Assembly: GCA_963771355.1 (NCBI GenBank)
Contig: CAVYTA010000005.1
Coordinates: 640,001-704,000 of the forward strand
Length of the DNA stretch: 64,000 bases
Reading direction: 5' to 3'
Source: an uncultured Candidatus Rokubacteria bacterium
Lineage (GTDB): Bacteria > Methylomirabilota > Methylomirabilia > Rokubacteriales > CSP1-6
Positions 1-11,840 of the stretch are shown here, one piece after another. The translations under genes and the position numbers were made by a program. The first letter of the stretch is position 1. The number at the start of each line of letters is the position of its first letter. The notes below the pieces were generated by a model. It had not been told where the DNA came from. It saw only the letters and a list, made by a program, of their open reading frames with translations, and ran no database searches.

Positions 1-231
1 GTGGACCATTCGGGCGGATTCCTCGACTATCTCGAGCACCACGGCCGGCGGCTGCCCGTGCAGGATGCCTTCCCCGGCACCCGCGACGAGCTGGTGCGCC
101 GCCGTCTCCTGCGGCGCCCGAGCCCGGCGCAGGTGGTGGCGCAGCGCCTTCGCCGGGCGACGCGCTCCCTGCCGCCCGGCTTCCAGGATGTGCTCGGGCG
201 CGTGTACCGGACGCTGCGGCGGCGGCGCTAG
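1..231 (+). CDS. 3' end of a gene entering from the left edge (unknown product)
   Basis: Open frame from base 1 with GC3-rich codon usage, ending at TAG 229-231, which overlaps the stop of the convergent gene. Arg-rich tail, no recognisable motif. Confidence 0.5.
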   Translation: MDHSGGFLDYLEHHGRRLPVQDAFPGTRDELVRRRLLRRPSPAQVVAQRLRRATRSLPPGFQDVLGRVYRTLRRRR

Positions 232-1079
232 TCGACGCCGAAGTCGAACATGCGGCCGCCGGCGCTGGTGCCGCTGAGCACGATGAACCCGTACTCACCC
301 GCCGGGAGCGCGGCGGCGGGGGTGATCCGGTAGAACCCGTTCGCCTCGCGCTCGCTCTTCACCGCGATGCGGTCCTCGCTCCGAACGCCCTGGCGTGAGC
401 TCCCCCCGAACGGGTGATAGCCCCCGCTGCCCATCTTGAGGTTGCGGTCGTTCTTCTTGTCGCCGGGCTTGAGCTTCACCAGGAGCGCCTCGGTGGGCGC
501 GTAGTAGCTGTAGAACTGCGGCTGCTTTTCGGTGATGCGGTACTCCGCCTTGTGTCCGCCGAGCACGACCTCGCTCTTCTGCGAGAAGAAGGCCATGTTC
601 ATCTCGATCTCGATGACCTGGGGCTGGAGCTCGGTGTACTTGGCGCCGTTCAGGTGATAGATCGAGTCGCGGGGCAGGGTCGCCGCCGCGCCGCCGGCGC
701 TGGTCCTCGCCCCCGTCGACACGGACGGCGCCGGCGCGGATCCGGACGATGGGGCCGCCGGGGCCGGCGCGGGCGCGGGTGCGGCCGCCGCGGCGGCTCC
801 GCTTCGCGGCGCGCTCACCATGGCCTCGATCACCTTGTCGGAGACGCCCGCCTTCTTGAGTGCCAGCAGGGAGTTGGTGCTGGTGTCGAAGTTGGCGGGG
901 CTGGAGCGAATGCGCGCGAGGACCACCGCCTCGCCGAGCCCGCCCTTGACCATGGAGATCACCGAGTCGTTGGTGAGAACCTCCTGCGCCACCGCGGGCG
1001 GCACCCCTCCTCCCACCATGAATCCCGCCAGCACGAGCACGGCGCCGAGCGTCCGCCAGAAGATGATCGAAGTGCGCAT
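228..1079 (-). CDS. Secreted hypothetical protein (signal peptide, helical LTND..LKKAGVS domain, Pro/Ala linker, C-terminal beta-rich domain)
   Basis: ATG at 1079 preceded by AGGAGG; hydrophobic N-terminus ending AVA-Q; APAPAPAAP linker. Confidence 0.8.
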   Translation of the reverse strand: MRTSIIFWRTLGAVLVLAGFMVGGGVPPAVAQEVLTNDSVISMVKGGLGEAVVLARIRSSPANFDTSTNSLLALKKAGVSDKVIEAMVSAPRSGAAAAAAPAPAPAPAAPSSGSAPAPSVSTGARTSAGGAAATLPRDSIYHLNGAKYTELQPQVIEIEMNMAFFSQKSEVVLGGHKAEYRITEKQPQFYSYYAPTEALLVKLKPGDKKNDRNLKMGSGGYHPFGGSSRQGVRSEDRIAVKSEREANGFYRITPAAALPAGEYGFIVLSGTSAGGRMFDFGVD

Positions 1080-1152
1080 CGTGTTCCTCCTGCGGACAGA
1101 AAACACCGGGGGGGCAGAAGTTGTCAAGCCGCCGGCTTCCGGGCGGCCGCTG

Positions 1153-1182
1153 TTGACCTCCCCCCGGACGCCATGTTAGCGT
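1153..1182 (+). promoter_or_regulatory. Putative sigma70-type promoter of the TCA operon
   Basis: TTGACC (1153-1158), 18 bp, TAGCGT (1177-1182) with an extended TG. Confidence 0.5.
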
Positions 1183-1305
1183 AACGCCTGGATTTCGACC
1201 CGTCGCCTCCCCTCCGAACGGGCGGGAGGCGATACGTCTGTGTAGGCCTGGAAGCGTAGGGGTTCCGCGGGGTTCGGGGCAGCGGCGGCGGCGAGGAGGC
1301 CCACC

Positions 1306-3552
1306 ATGGCAGCAGACCAGATCAAGCGGCTCTACGAATCCATGCCCGCCCGCCTCGAGCGGGCGCGCGGGCGCTTCGGCCGCGCGCTCACGCTGGCCGA
1401 GAAGATCCTCGTGTCCCACGCCGACGACTTCGACAAGCAGGAGTGGAGTCGCGGCAAGGCGCAGCTCCGGTTGCGGGTCGATCGCGTGGCGCTGCAGGAC
1501 GCCACCGGCCAGATGGCGCTGCTCCAGTTCATGCAGGCGGGGAAGAAGCAGGTGGCGGTGCCGAGCACGGTGCACTGCGACCACCTCATCCGCGCGCAGA
1601 GCGGGGCCCGCGAGGACATGGAGCGCGCGATCTCGGAGAACCGCGAGGTCTACAATTTCCTCCACTCCGCCTCGAAGAAGTACGGGATCGGCTTCTGGAA
1701 GCCGGGGGCCGGCATCATCCACCAGGTGGTGCTGGAGAACTACGCGTTCCCGGGCGGCCTCATGATCGGCGCCGACTCCCACACGCCGAATGCGGGCGGG
1801 CTGGGCATGGCGGCCATCGGGGTGGGCGGCGCCGACTGCGGCGAGGCCATGGCGGGGCTGGCGTGGGAGGTGCTCGATCCCAAGCTGATCGGCATCCGCC
1901 TCACCGGCAAGCTGTCGGGCTGGAGCTCGGCCAAGGACATCATCACCTACCTCTGCGGTCTCCTCACCGTGAAGGGCGGCACCAACAAGATCATCGAGTA
2001 CTTCGGCCCCGGCGCGGAGACCATCAGCGCCACCGGCAAGGGCACCATCTGCAACATGGGCGCGGAGCTGGGGGCCACCACCTCGCTGTTCCACTTCGAC
2101 GACCACATGGCCGCCTATCTCCGCGCGACTGATCGCGGTGATCAAGCCGCGCTCGCCGAGGCCCACCGCATGCATCTGGTGGGGGACCCGGAGGTCCTCG
2201 CGGACCCGAAGAAATACTTCGACGAGGTGGTGGAGATCAACCTGTCCGAGCTGGAGCCGCACATCGTGGGCCCGCACTCGCCCGACCGCGCGCGGCCGGT
2301 GAGCCGCCTGGCCGCCGAGGTGAAGAAGGAGGGCTGGCCCACCGCCATCAAGGCCTCGCTCATCGGCTCGTGCACGAACTCCTCCTACGAGGACATGCGC
2401 CGCGCGGCCCACATCGCCACCCAGGCGCTCAAGGCCGGGCTCAAGGCCAAGACCCCCTTCCTGGTCACCCCGGGCTCCGAGCGCATCTACCAGACCATCA
2501 AGCGCGACGGCATCATGAGCACCTTCGAGCAGATCGGCGGCACCGTGCTCGCCAACGCGTGCGGGCCCTGCATCGGACAGTGGAAGCGCTCGGACGTCGG
2601 GACGAACGAGGTGAACACCATCGTCTCCTCGTTCAACCGCAACTTCCCCGGCCGCAACGACGGCAGCGCGGCCACGATGTCATTCCTCACCAGCCCCGAG
2701 ATCGTGACCGCCCTGGCCTTCGCCGGGACGCTGGAGTTCGATCCGGTCAACGGAACCATCCCGGGGCCGGACGGCCGCCCCTTCCGCTTCACCGCGCCGG
2801 AGGGCGAGGAGCTGCCCACGCGCGGGTTCGCCAAGGGCGAGGAAGGCTTCGAGGCTCCCGCCGCCGACGGCGACCGCATCGAGGTCCAGATCCCGCCGGA
2901 CAGCGAGCGGCTCCAGCTCCTCCAGCCCTTCCCGCGATGGGACGGCCGGGACTTCACCGCGCTGCCCATCCTGGTCAAGACCAAGGGCAAGACCACCACC
3001 GACCATATCTCGCCCGCGGGGACCTGGCTCCGGTACCGCGGACATCTCGACAAGATCAGCGACAACATGTTCCTGGGCGCGGTGAACGCCTTCACCGGCG
3101 AGGCGGGCAAGGGTATCAACCCCATCACCGGCGAGACCGGCAAGACCTTCACCCAGGTCGCGCGCGACCTCAAGGCGCGGGGGATCTCCTGGATCGTCAT
3201 CGGTGACGAAAACTACGGCGAGGGCTCGAGCCGCGAGCACGCCGCCATGTCCCCGCGCTATCTGGGGGCCAAGGTCGTCATCGTCAAGAGCTTCGCGCGC
3301 ATCCACGAGACCAACCTCAAGAAGCAGGGCATCCTGCCCCTGACCTTCGCGGACCCCAAGGACTACGACCAGTTCGAGCGGTCGGACCGCGTGAGCGTCA
3401 CCGGGCTCGCCCTTCTCGCTCCCGGAAAGCCGGTCGAGGTCACCATCCAGAAGGCGGACGGCCAGACCGTCACCATCAAGTGCCTGCACACCCTGACCGA
3501 GGAGCAGATCGGCTGGTTCAAGGCAGGCTCCGCGCTCAATGCCCTCAAATAA
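1306..3552 (+). CDS. acn: Aconitate hydratase, mitochondrial-type family
   Basis: Motifs LTLAEKIL, DRVALQDATGQMALLQF, VHCDH, ADSHT, GSCTNSS, ANACGPCIG (Fe-S cysteines), TTDHISPAG, NYGEGSSREHAA; GAGGAGG RBS. Confidence 0.95.
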   Translation: MAADQIKRLYESMPARLERARGRFGRALTLAEKILVSHADDFDKQEWSRGKAQLRLRVDRVALQDATGQMALLQFMQAGKKQVAVPSTVHCDHLIRAQSGAREDMERAISENREVYNFLHSASKKYGIGFWKPGAGIIHQVVLENYAFPGGLMIGADSHTPNAGGLGMAAIGVGGADCGEAMAGLAWEVLDPKLIGIRLTGKLSGWSSAKDIITYLCGLLTVKGGTNKIIEYFGPGAETISATGKGTICNMGAELGATTSLFHFDDHMAAYLRATDRGDQAALAEAHRMHLVGDPEVLADPKKYFDEVVEINLSELEPHIVGPHSPDRARPVSRLAAEVKKEGWPTAIKASLIGSCTNSSYEDMRRAAHIATQALKAGLKAKTPFLVTPGSERIYQTIKRDGIMSTFEQIGGTVLANACGPCIGQWKRSDVGTNEVNTIVSSFNRNFPGRNDGSAATMSFLTSPEIVTALAFAGTLEFDPVNGTIPGPDGRPFRFTAPEGEELPTRGFAKGEEGFEAPAADGDRIEVQIPPDSERLQLLQPFPRWDGRDFTALPILVKTKGKTTTDHISPAGTWLRYRGHLDKISDNMFLGAVNAFTGEAGKGINPITGETGKTFTQVARDLKARGISWIVIGDENYGEGSSREHAAMSPRYLGAKVVIVKSFARIHETNLKKQGILPLTFADPKDYDQFERSDRVSVTGLALLAPGKPVEVTIQKADGQTVTIKCLHTLTEEQIGWFKAGSALNALK

Positions 3553-3567
3553 TTCTCAGGAGGCCTC

Positions 3568-5762
<2,195 letters not shown>

Positions 5763-5780
5763 GAGCCCGCCGCCTCTTCC

Positions 5781-6623
5781 ATGCGTACCCTCCACGTCTC
5801 GGCGATCACCGACGCGGTGAAGAAGCTCTGCATGGACGCCAACTACGAGCTCGAGCCCGACATGCTCCGGGCCTTCGACCGCGCGCTGGGTACGGAGCGC
5901 TCTCCCGCCGGGCGGCAGGTGCTCCAGATCCTGAAGGACAACGCCGCCCTCGCCCGCGACCAGCGCATTCCCTACTGTCAGGACACGGGCTTCGTGGTGT
6001 GCTTCGTGGAGGTGGGGCAGGACGTCCACGTGACCGGCGGGCTCCTCACCGACGCCATCAACGCGGGCATCCGTGCCGGCTACACCGAGGGCTACCTGCG
6101 CGCCTCGATCGTCCGCTCCCCCTTCGACCGCGTCAATACCGGCGACAACACGCCGGGCATCATCCACGTCTCGCTGGTGCCGGGGGCGACGGTGCGGGTC
6201 CAGATCATGGCCAAGGGCGGCGGCTGCGAGAACCGGTCCAAGTACAAGATGCTCACGCCCGCGGAGGGCGTGGACGGCGTGAAGGCCTGGGTGCTCGAGT
6301 GCATCAGGACCGCGGGGCCGGATGCCTGCCCGCCGCTCATCGCCGGGGTGGGGGTGGGCGGCACCTTCGAGCAAGCGGCCATCCTCTCGAAGAAGGCGCT
6401 GTTCCGCGAGCTGGGCTCGCCCAATCCCGACTCCACCCTGGACGCGCTGGAGCGCGAGCTACTCGAGCGGGCCAACCGCCTGGGCATCGGCCCGCAGGGG
6501 TATGGCGGTGACACCACCGCCCTCGGCATCCACCTGCTGACCTATCCCTGCCACATCACCAGCCTGCCCGTCGCGGTGACCATCGAGTGCCACGCGCACC
6601 GGCACAAGGAAGCGGTGCTGTGA
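5781..6623 (+). CDS. Fe-S fumarate hydratase (class I, split) alpha subunit
   Basis: PYCQDTG, YLRASIV, NTGDNTP, KGGGCEN, ACPP, GVGGT, CHITSLP, CHAHRH; TCA context. Confidence 0.9.
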   Translation: MRTLHVSAITDAVKKLCMDANYELEPDMLRAFDRALGTERSPAGRQVLQILKDNAALARDQRIPYCQDTGFVVCFVEVGQDVHVTGGLLTDAINAGIRAGYTEGYLRASIVRSPFDRVNTGDNTPGIIHVSLVPGATVRVQIMAKGGGCENRSKYKMLTPAEGVDGVKAWVLECIRTAGPDACPPLIAGVGVGGTFEQAAILSKKALFRELGSPNPDSTLDALERELLERANRLGIGPQGYGGDTTALGIHLLTYPCHITSLPVAVTIECHAHRHKEAVL

Positions 6624-7198
6624 TCCGCACCGCCCCGGACGGGATCAAGGAGGTCAGCCCGCCGCTCAGCGACGGGGACGTGGAGGCGCTCGCCGCCGGC
6701 GACCGCGTCCGCATCACGGGGGCGCTCTACACTGCGCGCGACGCCGCCCACGCCCGCCTCCAGCCTCTGGTGGACGCGGGCCGGCCGCTGCCCATCGACG
6801 TGCGCGGCCAGATCATCTACTACACCGGGCCCTCGCCCGCGCGGCCGGGCCAGGTGGTCGGCTCGGTGGGGCCCACCACCGGCGGCCGCATGGACCCGTA
6901 CACCCCGAGCCTGCTCGCGCTGGGGCTCAAGGGCACCATCGGCAAGGGCGCGCGGTCGCAGCCGGTGAAGGATGCCCTCGCCCGGCACAAGGCGGTGTAC
7001 TTCGGCGCCATCGGCGGAGCGGGCGCGGTGCTGTCGGGATTCGTCAAGAAGCTGGAGGTGGTGGCTTACGAGGACCTCGGCACCGAGGCCATCCGGCGCC
7101 TCGAGGTGGAGGGCTTCCCCGCCATCGTGATCAACGACTGCCGCGGCGGGGACCTGTACCAGGACGGCGTGAAGCAGTATTCCCGGGAGCAATCATGA
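6620..7198 (+). CDS. Fe-S fumarate hydratase (class I, split) beta subunit
   Basis: GTG in a GTGA overlap; ITGALYTARDAAH, GPTTGGRMD, IGKG, DLGTEAI. Confidence 0.9.
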   Translation: MIRTAPDGIKEVSPPLSDGDVEALAAGDRVRITGALYTARDAAHARLQPLVDAGRPLPIDVRGQIIYYTGPSPARPGQVVGSVGPTTGGRMDPYTPSLLALGLKGTIGKGARSQPVKDALARHKAVYFGAIGGAGAVLSGFVKKLEVVAYEDLGTEAIRRLEVEGFPAIVINDCRGGDLYQDGVKQYSREQS

Positions 7199-7992
7199 GC
7201 CAGCGGATTCTCGGCAACCAGCGCGGCGAGGTCATCCCCGGCGCGACCCTGCGCACGGACACCTGGTGGCTCCTGCCCGCCACCGTGGTCATCGTGCTGG
7301 GCGCCTTCATCGTGTACTCCACGTGGGCCGCGTTCCAGAACGCGCACTACTTCGTGGCCCCGTATCTGTCGCCGTTCTACTCGCCCTGCCTCTCGCAGTC
7401 GTGCCTGCACCCCACCTTCGGGGTGGGTCTGCCGGATATCCGGATGCCCATCATCGGCCTGGTGTCTCCGGCCTTCCTCATCCTCTGGGGCCCGGGCCTC
7501 TTCAGATTGACCTGCTACTACTATCGGAAAGCCTACTACCGCTCCTTCTGGCTCTCGCCGCCCTCCTGCGCGGTGCGGGACGCCCACGGCAGCTACGGCG
7601 GCGAGACGCGCTTCCCGCTCGTGCTCCAGAACCTCCACCGGTATGCGTGGTACGTGGCGGTGATCTTCATCGGCCTGCTCACCTGGGACGCGCTGCTCGC
7701 CTTCCGGTTCCCCGACGGCTTCGGCATCGGCGTGGGCACCCTGGTGATGTGGGTGAACGTGCTCTGCCTGGCCGGCTATACCTTCTCCTGCCACTCCTGC
7801 CGGCATCTCTGCGGCGGCAGCGTGAACGCCTTCCACAAGGCGCCCCTGCGCTACCGTCTCTGGCGCGGCATCACGAGCCTCAACGAGCGCCATCCCATGT
7901 TCGCGTGGCTCTCGCTCTTCAGCGTGGGCCTCACCGACCTCTACATCCGGCTCGTCTCCATGGGTGTCATCCGCGACCTGAGGATCCTCTAA
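7195..7992 (+). CDS. Succinate dehydrogenase membrane anchor, mycobacterial Sdh1 (Rv0249c-like) type
   Basis: Multiple TM segments; FRLTCYYYRKAYYR, PPSCAV, YTFSCHSCRH, NERH; lies directly upstream of sdhA. Confidence 0.8.
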   Translation: MSQRILGNQRGEVIPGATLRTDTWWLLPATVVIVLGAFIVYSTWAAFQNAHYFVAPYLSPFYSPCLSQSCLHPTFGVGLPDIRMPIIGLVSPAFLILWGPGLFRLTCYYYRKAYYRSFWLSPPSCAVRDAHGSYGGETRFPLVLQNLHRYAWYVAVIFIGLLTWDALLAFRFPDGFGIGVGTLVMWVNVLCLAGYTFSCHSCRHLCGGSVNAFHKAPLRYRLWRGITSLNERHPMFAWLSLFSVGLTDLYIRLVSMGVIRDLRIL

Positions 7993-9788
7993 TGGATGCG
8001 TACAAGACCTACGACTACGACGTGATCGTGATCGGGGCGGGCGGAGCGGGCCTGCGCGCGGCCATCGAGGCCCACGGCCAGGGGGTGAAGGTAGCCCTCG
8101 TCTGCAAGTCGCTCCTCGGCAAGGCGCACACCGTCATGGCCGAGGGCGGCATGGCGGCGGCGATGGGCAATGTCTGGAAGGAGGACAACTGGCAGGTCCA
8201 CTTCCGGGACACCATGCGGGGCGGCAAGCTCCTCAACAACTGGCGGATGGCGGAGCTGCATGCCAAGGAGTCGCCGGAGCGCGTGCTCGAGCTGGAGGAG
8301 TGGGGGGCGCTCTTCGACCGCACCAAGGACGGCCTCATCTCCCAGCGGGACTTCGGCGGCCACCGCTACGCGCGCCTCGCGCACGTGGGCGACCGCACCG
8401 GGCTCGAGCTGATCCGGACCTTGCAGCAGCGCGTGGTCGCGCTCGGCATCGACGTCTACATGGAGTGCAATCTCCAGCGCCTGATCAAGGACGGCGACCG
8501 CGTCGCGGGCGCGGTGGGCTACTGGCGCGCCACCGGTGAGCTCGTCGCCTTCAAGAGCAAGGCGATCATCCTCTCCACCGGCGGGGTGGGCAAGGCGTGG
8601 AAGTTCACCTCGAACTCGTGGGAGTGCACCGGCGACGGGATCAGCCTCGCGCTGGACGCGGGGGCCGAGGCGATCGACCTGGAGTGCATCCAGTTCCACC
8701 CCACCGGGATGGTGTGGCCGCCCAGCGTGCGCGGCATCCTCGTCACCGAGGGCGTGCGCGGCGACGGCGGCACGCTCAAGAACTCCGAGGGCGCGCGCTT
8801 CATGTTCAACTACATCCCCGAGTTCTTCAAGAGCGAGACCGCCGATAACGAGAAGGAAGCCGACGGCTGGTACGAGGACAAGAAGAGCAATCGGCGCACG
8901 CCGGATCTCCTGCCGCGCGACGAGGTCGCGCGGGCCATCAACTCCGAGGTGAAAGCGGGGCGGGGCAGCCCGCACGGCGGGGTGTTCCTCGATATCGCCT
9001 CGCGGCGGCCGGCCGACTATATCCGGAAGCGGCTGCCCTCCATGTACCACCAGTTCAAGGAGCTGGCGGGGGTGGACATCACCAAGGAGGCGATGGAGGT
9101 GGGGCCGACCTGCCACTACCTCAACGGGGGGCTCCGAGTCGAAGCCGACAGCGCCGCGACCCGCGTGGCCGGGCTCTTTGCCGCCGGTGAGGTGGCGGGC
9201 GGGCTGCACGGTGCCAACCGGCTCGGCGGCAACTCGCTGTCCGATCTCGTGGTCTTCGGCCGTCGAGCCGGGCTCTACGCCGCGGAGTACGTCAAGTCGC
9301 TCCGGAGCAGCGGGGCGCTGGACGGCGGCCAGGTCGAGACGGCCATCCGCACCCTCCTCTCCCCCTTCGACAGCAAGGGCCGGGAGAACCCGTACGCGAT
9401 CCACGCCGACCTGCAGGAATGCATGCAGACCCTCGTCGGGATCATCCGGACCGAGGGCGAGCTCCGCAAGGCGCTCGAGGAGATTGCCGTCCTCCGGCAG
9501 CGCCTGGCGCGCGCCAAGGTGGAAGGTGGGCGCGCGTTCAATCCCGCCTGGCATCTCGCACTGGACCTGCACTCCATGCTCACGGTGTCCGAGGCGACGA
9601 CGCTGGGAGCGCTCGAGCGCAAGGAGAGCCGGGGCGGCCACACCCGGGACGACTACCCCTTCGCCGACGACCGCTACGGGACGGTCAACATGGTGATCAA
9701 GCGGAAGGACGGCGTGCTCACGGTGACGCAGGAGCCGATTCTGCCGTTGCGCGAGGATCTCAAGGCGCTGCTCCAGGAGAAGAAGTGA
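7992..9788 (+). CDS. sdhA: Succinate dehydrogenase/fumarate reductase flavoprotein subunit
   Basis: IGAGGAGLRAA, AHTVMAEGG (covalent FAD His), QFHPTG, TEGVRG, PRDEVARA, LHGANRLGGNSL, ESRGGH. Confidence 0.95.
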   Translation: MDAYKTYDYDVIVIGAGGAGLRAAIEAHGQGVKVALVCKSLLGKAHTVMAEGGMAAAMGNVWKEDNWQVHFRDTMRGGKLLNNWRMAELHAKESPERVLELEEWGALFDRTKDGLISQRDFGGHRYARLAHVGDRTGLELIRTLQQRVVALGIDVYMECNLQRLIKDGDRVAGAVGYWRATGELVAFKSKAIILSTGGVGKAWKFTSNSWECTGDGISLALDAGAEAIDLECIQFHPTGMVWPPSVRGILVTEGVRGDGGTLKNSEGARFMFNYIPEFFKSETADNEKEADGWYEDKKSNRRTPDLLPRDEVARAINSEVKAGRGSPHGGVFLDIASRRPADYIRKRLPSMYHQFKELAGVDITKEAMEVGPTCHYLNGGLRVEADSAATRVAGLFAAGEVAGGLHGANRLGGNSLSDLVVFGRRAGLYAAEYVKSLRSSGALDGGQVETAIRTLLSPFDSKGRENPYAIHADLQECMQTLVGIIRTEGELRKALEEIAVLRQRLARAKVEGGRAFNPAWHLALDLHSMLTVSEATTLGALERKESRGGHTRDDYPFADDRYGTVNMVIKRKDGVLTVTQEPILPLREDLKALLQEKK

Positions 9789-10540
9789 TGGCCTCCCCCA
9801 ACGTGACGATGCGGGTGTGGCGCGGCGACGGCAAGGGCGGCGCTTTCAAGGACTACCAGGTCCCGGCGGCGGAGGGCATGGTGGTGCTGGACGTCATTCA
9901 CACGCTCCAGGCTACCCAGGCGCCCGACCTGGCCTGCCGCTGGAACTGCAAGGCGGGCAAGTGCGGATCCTGCAGCGCCGAGATCAACGGCAAGCCGCGG
10001 CTCATGTGCATGACGCGGATGGATACCTTCCAGCCGGGGGAGACGGTCACCGTCTCCCCGATCAAGGCCTTCCCGCTCGTGCGCGATCTCGTGACCGACG
10101 TCTCCTACAATTACGAGAAGGCGAGGGAGATCCCTTCCTTCAAGCCGGGGCCGAAGGAGGCGGACGGCACCCGGCGCATGTGGCAGGAGGACGTGGAGCG
10201 CAGCCAGGAGTTCCGGAAGTGCATCGAGTGCTTTCTCTGCCAGAACGTCTGCCACGTGATCCGCGACCATCCCGAGAACAAGACGCAGTTCGCGGGGCCG
10301 CGCTTCCTCATGCGCATCGCCGAGCTGGAGATGCATCCGCTCGACGTCAACGACCGGCTGGAGCTGGCGCGGACCAAGGCGGGGGTGGGCTTCTGCAATA
10401 TCACCAAGTGCTGCACCGAGGTCTGCCCGGAGCATATCCAGATCACCGACAACGCGATCATTCCCCTCAAGGAGCGCGTGGTCACCGAGAGCTACGACCC
10501 CATCGTCTGGCTCGCCCGCAAGCTGACAGGCAAAAAGTGA
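9788..10540 (+). CDS. sdhB: Succinate dehydrogenase iron-sulfur subunit
   Basis: CKAGKCGSC...LMC (2Fe-2S), CIECFLCQNVC, CNITKCCTEVCP. Confidence 0.95.
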   Translation: MASPNVTMRVWRGDGKGGAFKDYQVPAAEGMVVLDVIHTLQATQAPDLACRWNCKAGKCGSCSAEINGKPRLMCMTRMDTFQPGETVTVSPIKAFPLVRDLVTDVSYNYEKAREIPSFKPGPKEADGTRRMWQEDVERSQEFRKCIECFLCQNVCHVIRDHPENKTQFAGPRFLMRIAELEMHPLDVNDRLELARTKAGVGFCNITKCCTEVCPEHIQITDNAIIPLKERVVTESYDPIVWLARKLTGKK

Positions 10541-10561
10541 AGCCAAAGTCAACGGACGGGA

Positions 10562-10633
10562 GGAGAGCGGGGGCCACTTCCACGGCAAGGTCCGCGGATT
10601 GGGGGAGAGCGGGGGCCATTTCTGGGCCCCCGC
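10562..10633. repeat. REP-like element: two copies of GGAGAGCGGGGGCCA, the second completed as a hairpin
   Basis: Direct repeats at 10562-10576 and 10604-10618; stem GCGGGGGCC-atttctg-GGCCCCCGC at 10609-10633. Confidence 0.65.
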
Positions 10634-10667
10634 TGACGGCGAAGGTTGCCGAGCGGAGCGAGGCCCG

Positions 10668-11840
10668 GTGAAAATCCACGAATACCAGGGCAAGGCCATC
10701 CTGAAGGAGTTCGGCGTGCCGGTGCCGAACGGCGAGGTGGCCGACGCCCCGGCCCAGGCGCGCGCCATCGCCGAGCGGCTCGGCGGCAAGGTGGTGGTCA
10801 AGGCCCAGGTGCACGCGGGCGGCCGGGGCAAGGGCGGCGGGGTCAAGCTCGCCGACGATCCCGCCGGCGCGGAGGCGGCGGCGAAGCAGATCCTCGGCAT
10901 GATGCTCAAGACGCCGCAGACTCCGCCCGAGGGCATCCGGGTCCTCAAGGTGCTGGTGGAGGAAGCCTCGCCCATCGCCGGCGAGCTTTACCTCTCCATC
11001 ACGCTGGACCGCGCCCGCGGCGCGCATGCGGTGATGGCCTCGCAGTCGGGCGGCATGGACATCGAGGAAGTGGCGGCTGCCCATCCCGAGAAGATCATTC
11101 GCGAGTGGGCCGACCCCGCGCTCGGGCTCCAGGCCTTCCAGGCGCGCAACCTCGCCTATGGCCTGGGTCTCGCCGGGGACCAGTTCAAGGCCGGGGTGAG
11201 CCTCATCCTGGCCCTCTTCCGCGCTTACCTCGCCAAGGATTGCTCGCTGGCGGAGATCAACCCGTTGGTGGTCACGCGCGACGGTCGCGTGCTCGCGCTG
11301 GACGCCAAGCTCAATTTCGATGACAACGCACTCTTCCGCCATCCCGAGATCGTGGCCCTCCGCGACCTCAACGAGGAAGCCCCGCTGGACGTGGAGGCCT
11401 CGAAGTTCGGCCTCAACTACATCAAGCTCGACGGCGAGGTGGGCTGCATGGTCAACGGCGCCGGGCTGGCCATGGCCACCATGGACATCGTCAAGCTCGC
11501 GGGGGGCGCGCCCGCCAACTTCCTCGACGTGGGCGGCGGGGCCTCGCCGGAGCAGATCGAGGCCGCCTTCAAGATCCTGTCCTCCGACCCGTCGGTGAAG
11601 TCGGTATTCATCAACGTCTTCGGCGGCATCCTGCGCTGCGACCGGCTGGCCGAGGGCCTCATCAGCGCAGTGAAGAAGCTCGGGCTCAAGATCCCGGTGG
11701 TGGTCCGGATGGAAGGCACCAACGTGGAGATCGCCCGGACGATGCTGGCGGAGTCGGGGCTCAACTTCACCAGCGCCGACGACATGGGCTCGGGGGCCGA
11801 GAAGGCGGTGGCCCTGGCCCGGACGGCGCGGCAGCCATGA
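10668..11840 (+). CDS. sucC: Succinyl-CoA synthetase beta subunit
   Basis: GTG start giving (M)[61 protein letters not shown]. Confidence 0.96.
   Translation: MKIHEYQGKAILKEFGVPVPNGEVADAPAQARAIAERLGGKVVVKAQVHAGGRGKGGGVKLADDPAGAEAAAKQILGMMLKTPQTPPEGIRVLKVLVEEASPIAGELYLSITLDRARGAHAVMASQSGGMDIEEVAAAHPEKIIREWADPALGLQAFQARNLAYGLGLAGDQFKAGVSLILALFRAYLAKDCSLAEINPLVVTRDGRVLALDAKLNFDDNALFRHPEIVALRDLNEEAPLDVEASKFGLNYIKLDGEVGCMVNGAGLAMATMDIVKLAGGAPANFLDVGGGASPEQIEAAFKILSSDPSVKSVFINVFGGILRCDRLAEGLISAVKKLGLKIPVVVRMEGTNVEIARTMLAESGLNFTSADDMGSGAEKAVALARTARQP

Noticed and set aside
1203..1232. Hairpin in the aconitase 5' UTR as an iron-responsive element or riboswitch
   Set aside because: The stem is real (TCGCCTCCC/GGGAGGCGA) but has no CAGUG loop or recognisable aptamer.
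5781..7198. Frameshifted fumA pseudogene or tartrate dehydratase
   Set aside because: Two-subunit Fe-S hydro-lyases are an established architecture, the GTGA overlap is clean, and the TCA context favours fumarase.
10562..10633. Direct repeats as a mini CRISPR array
   Set aside because: Only two 15-bp units, too short, and no cas genes in the window.
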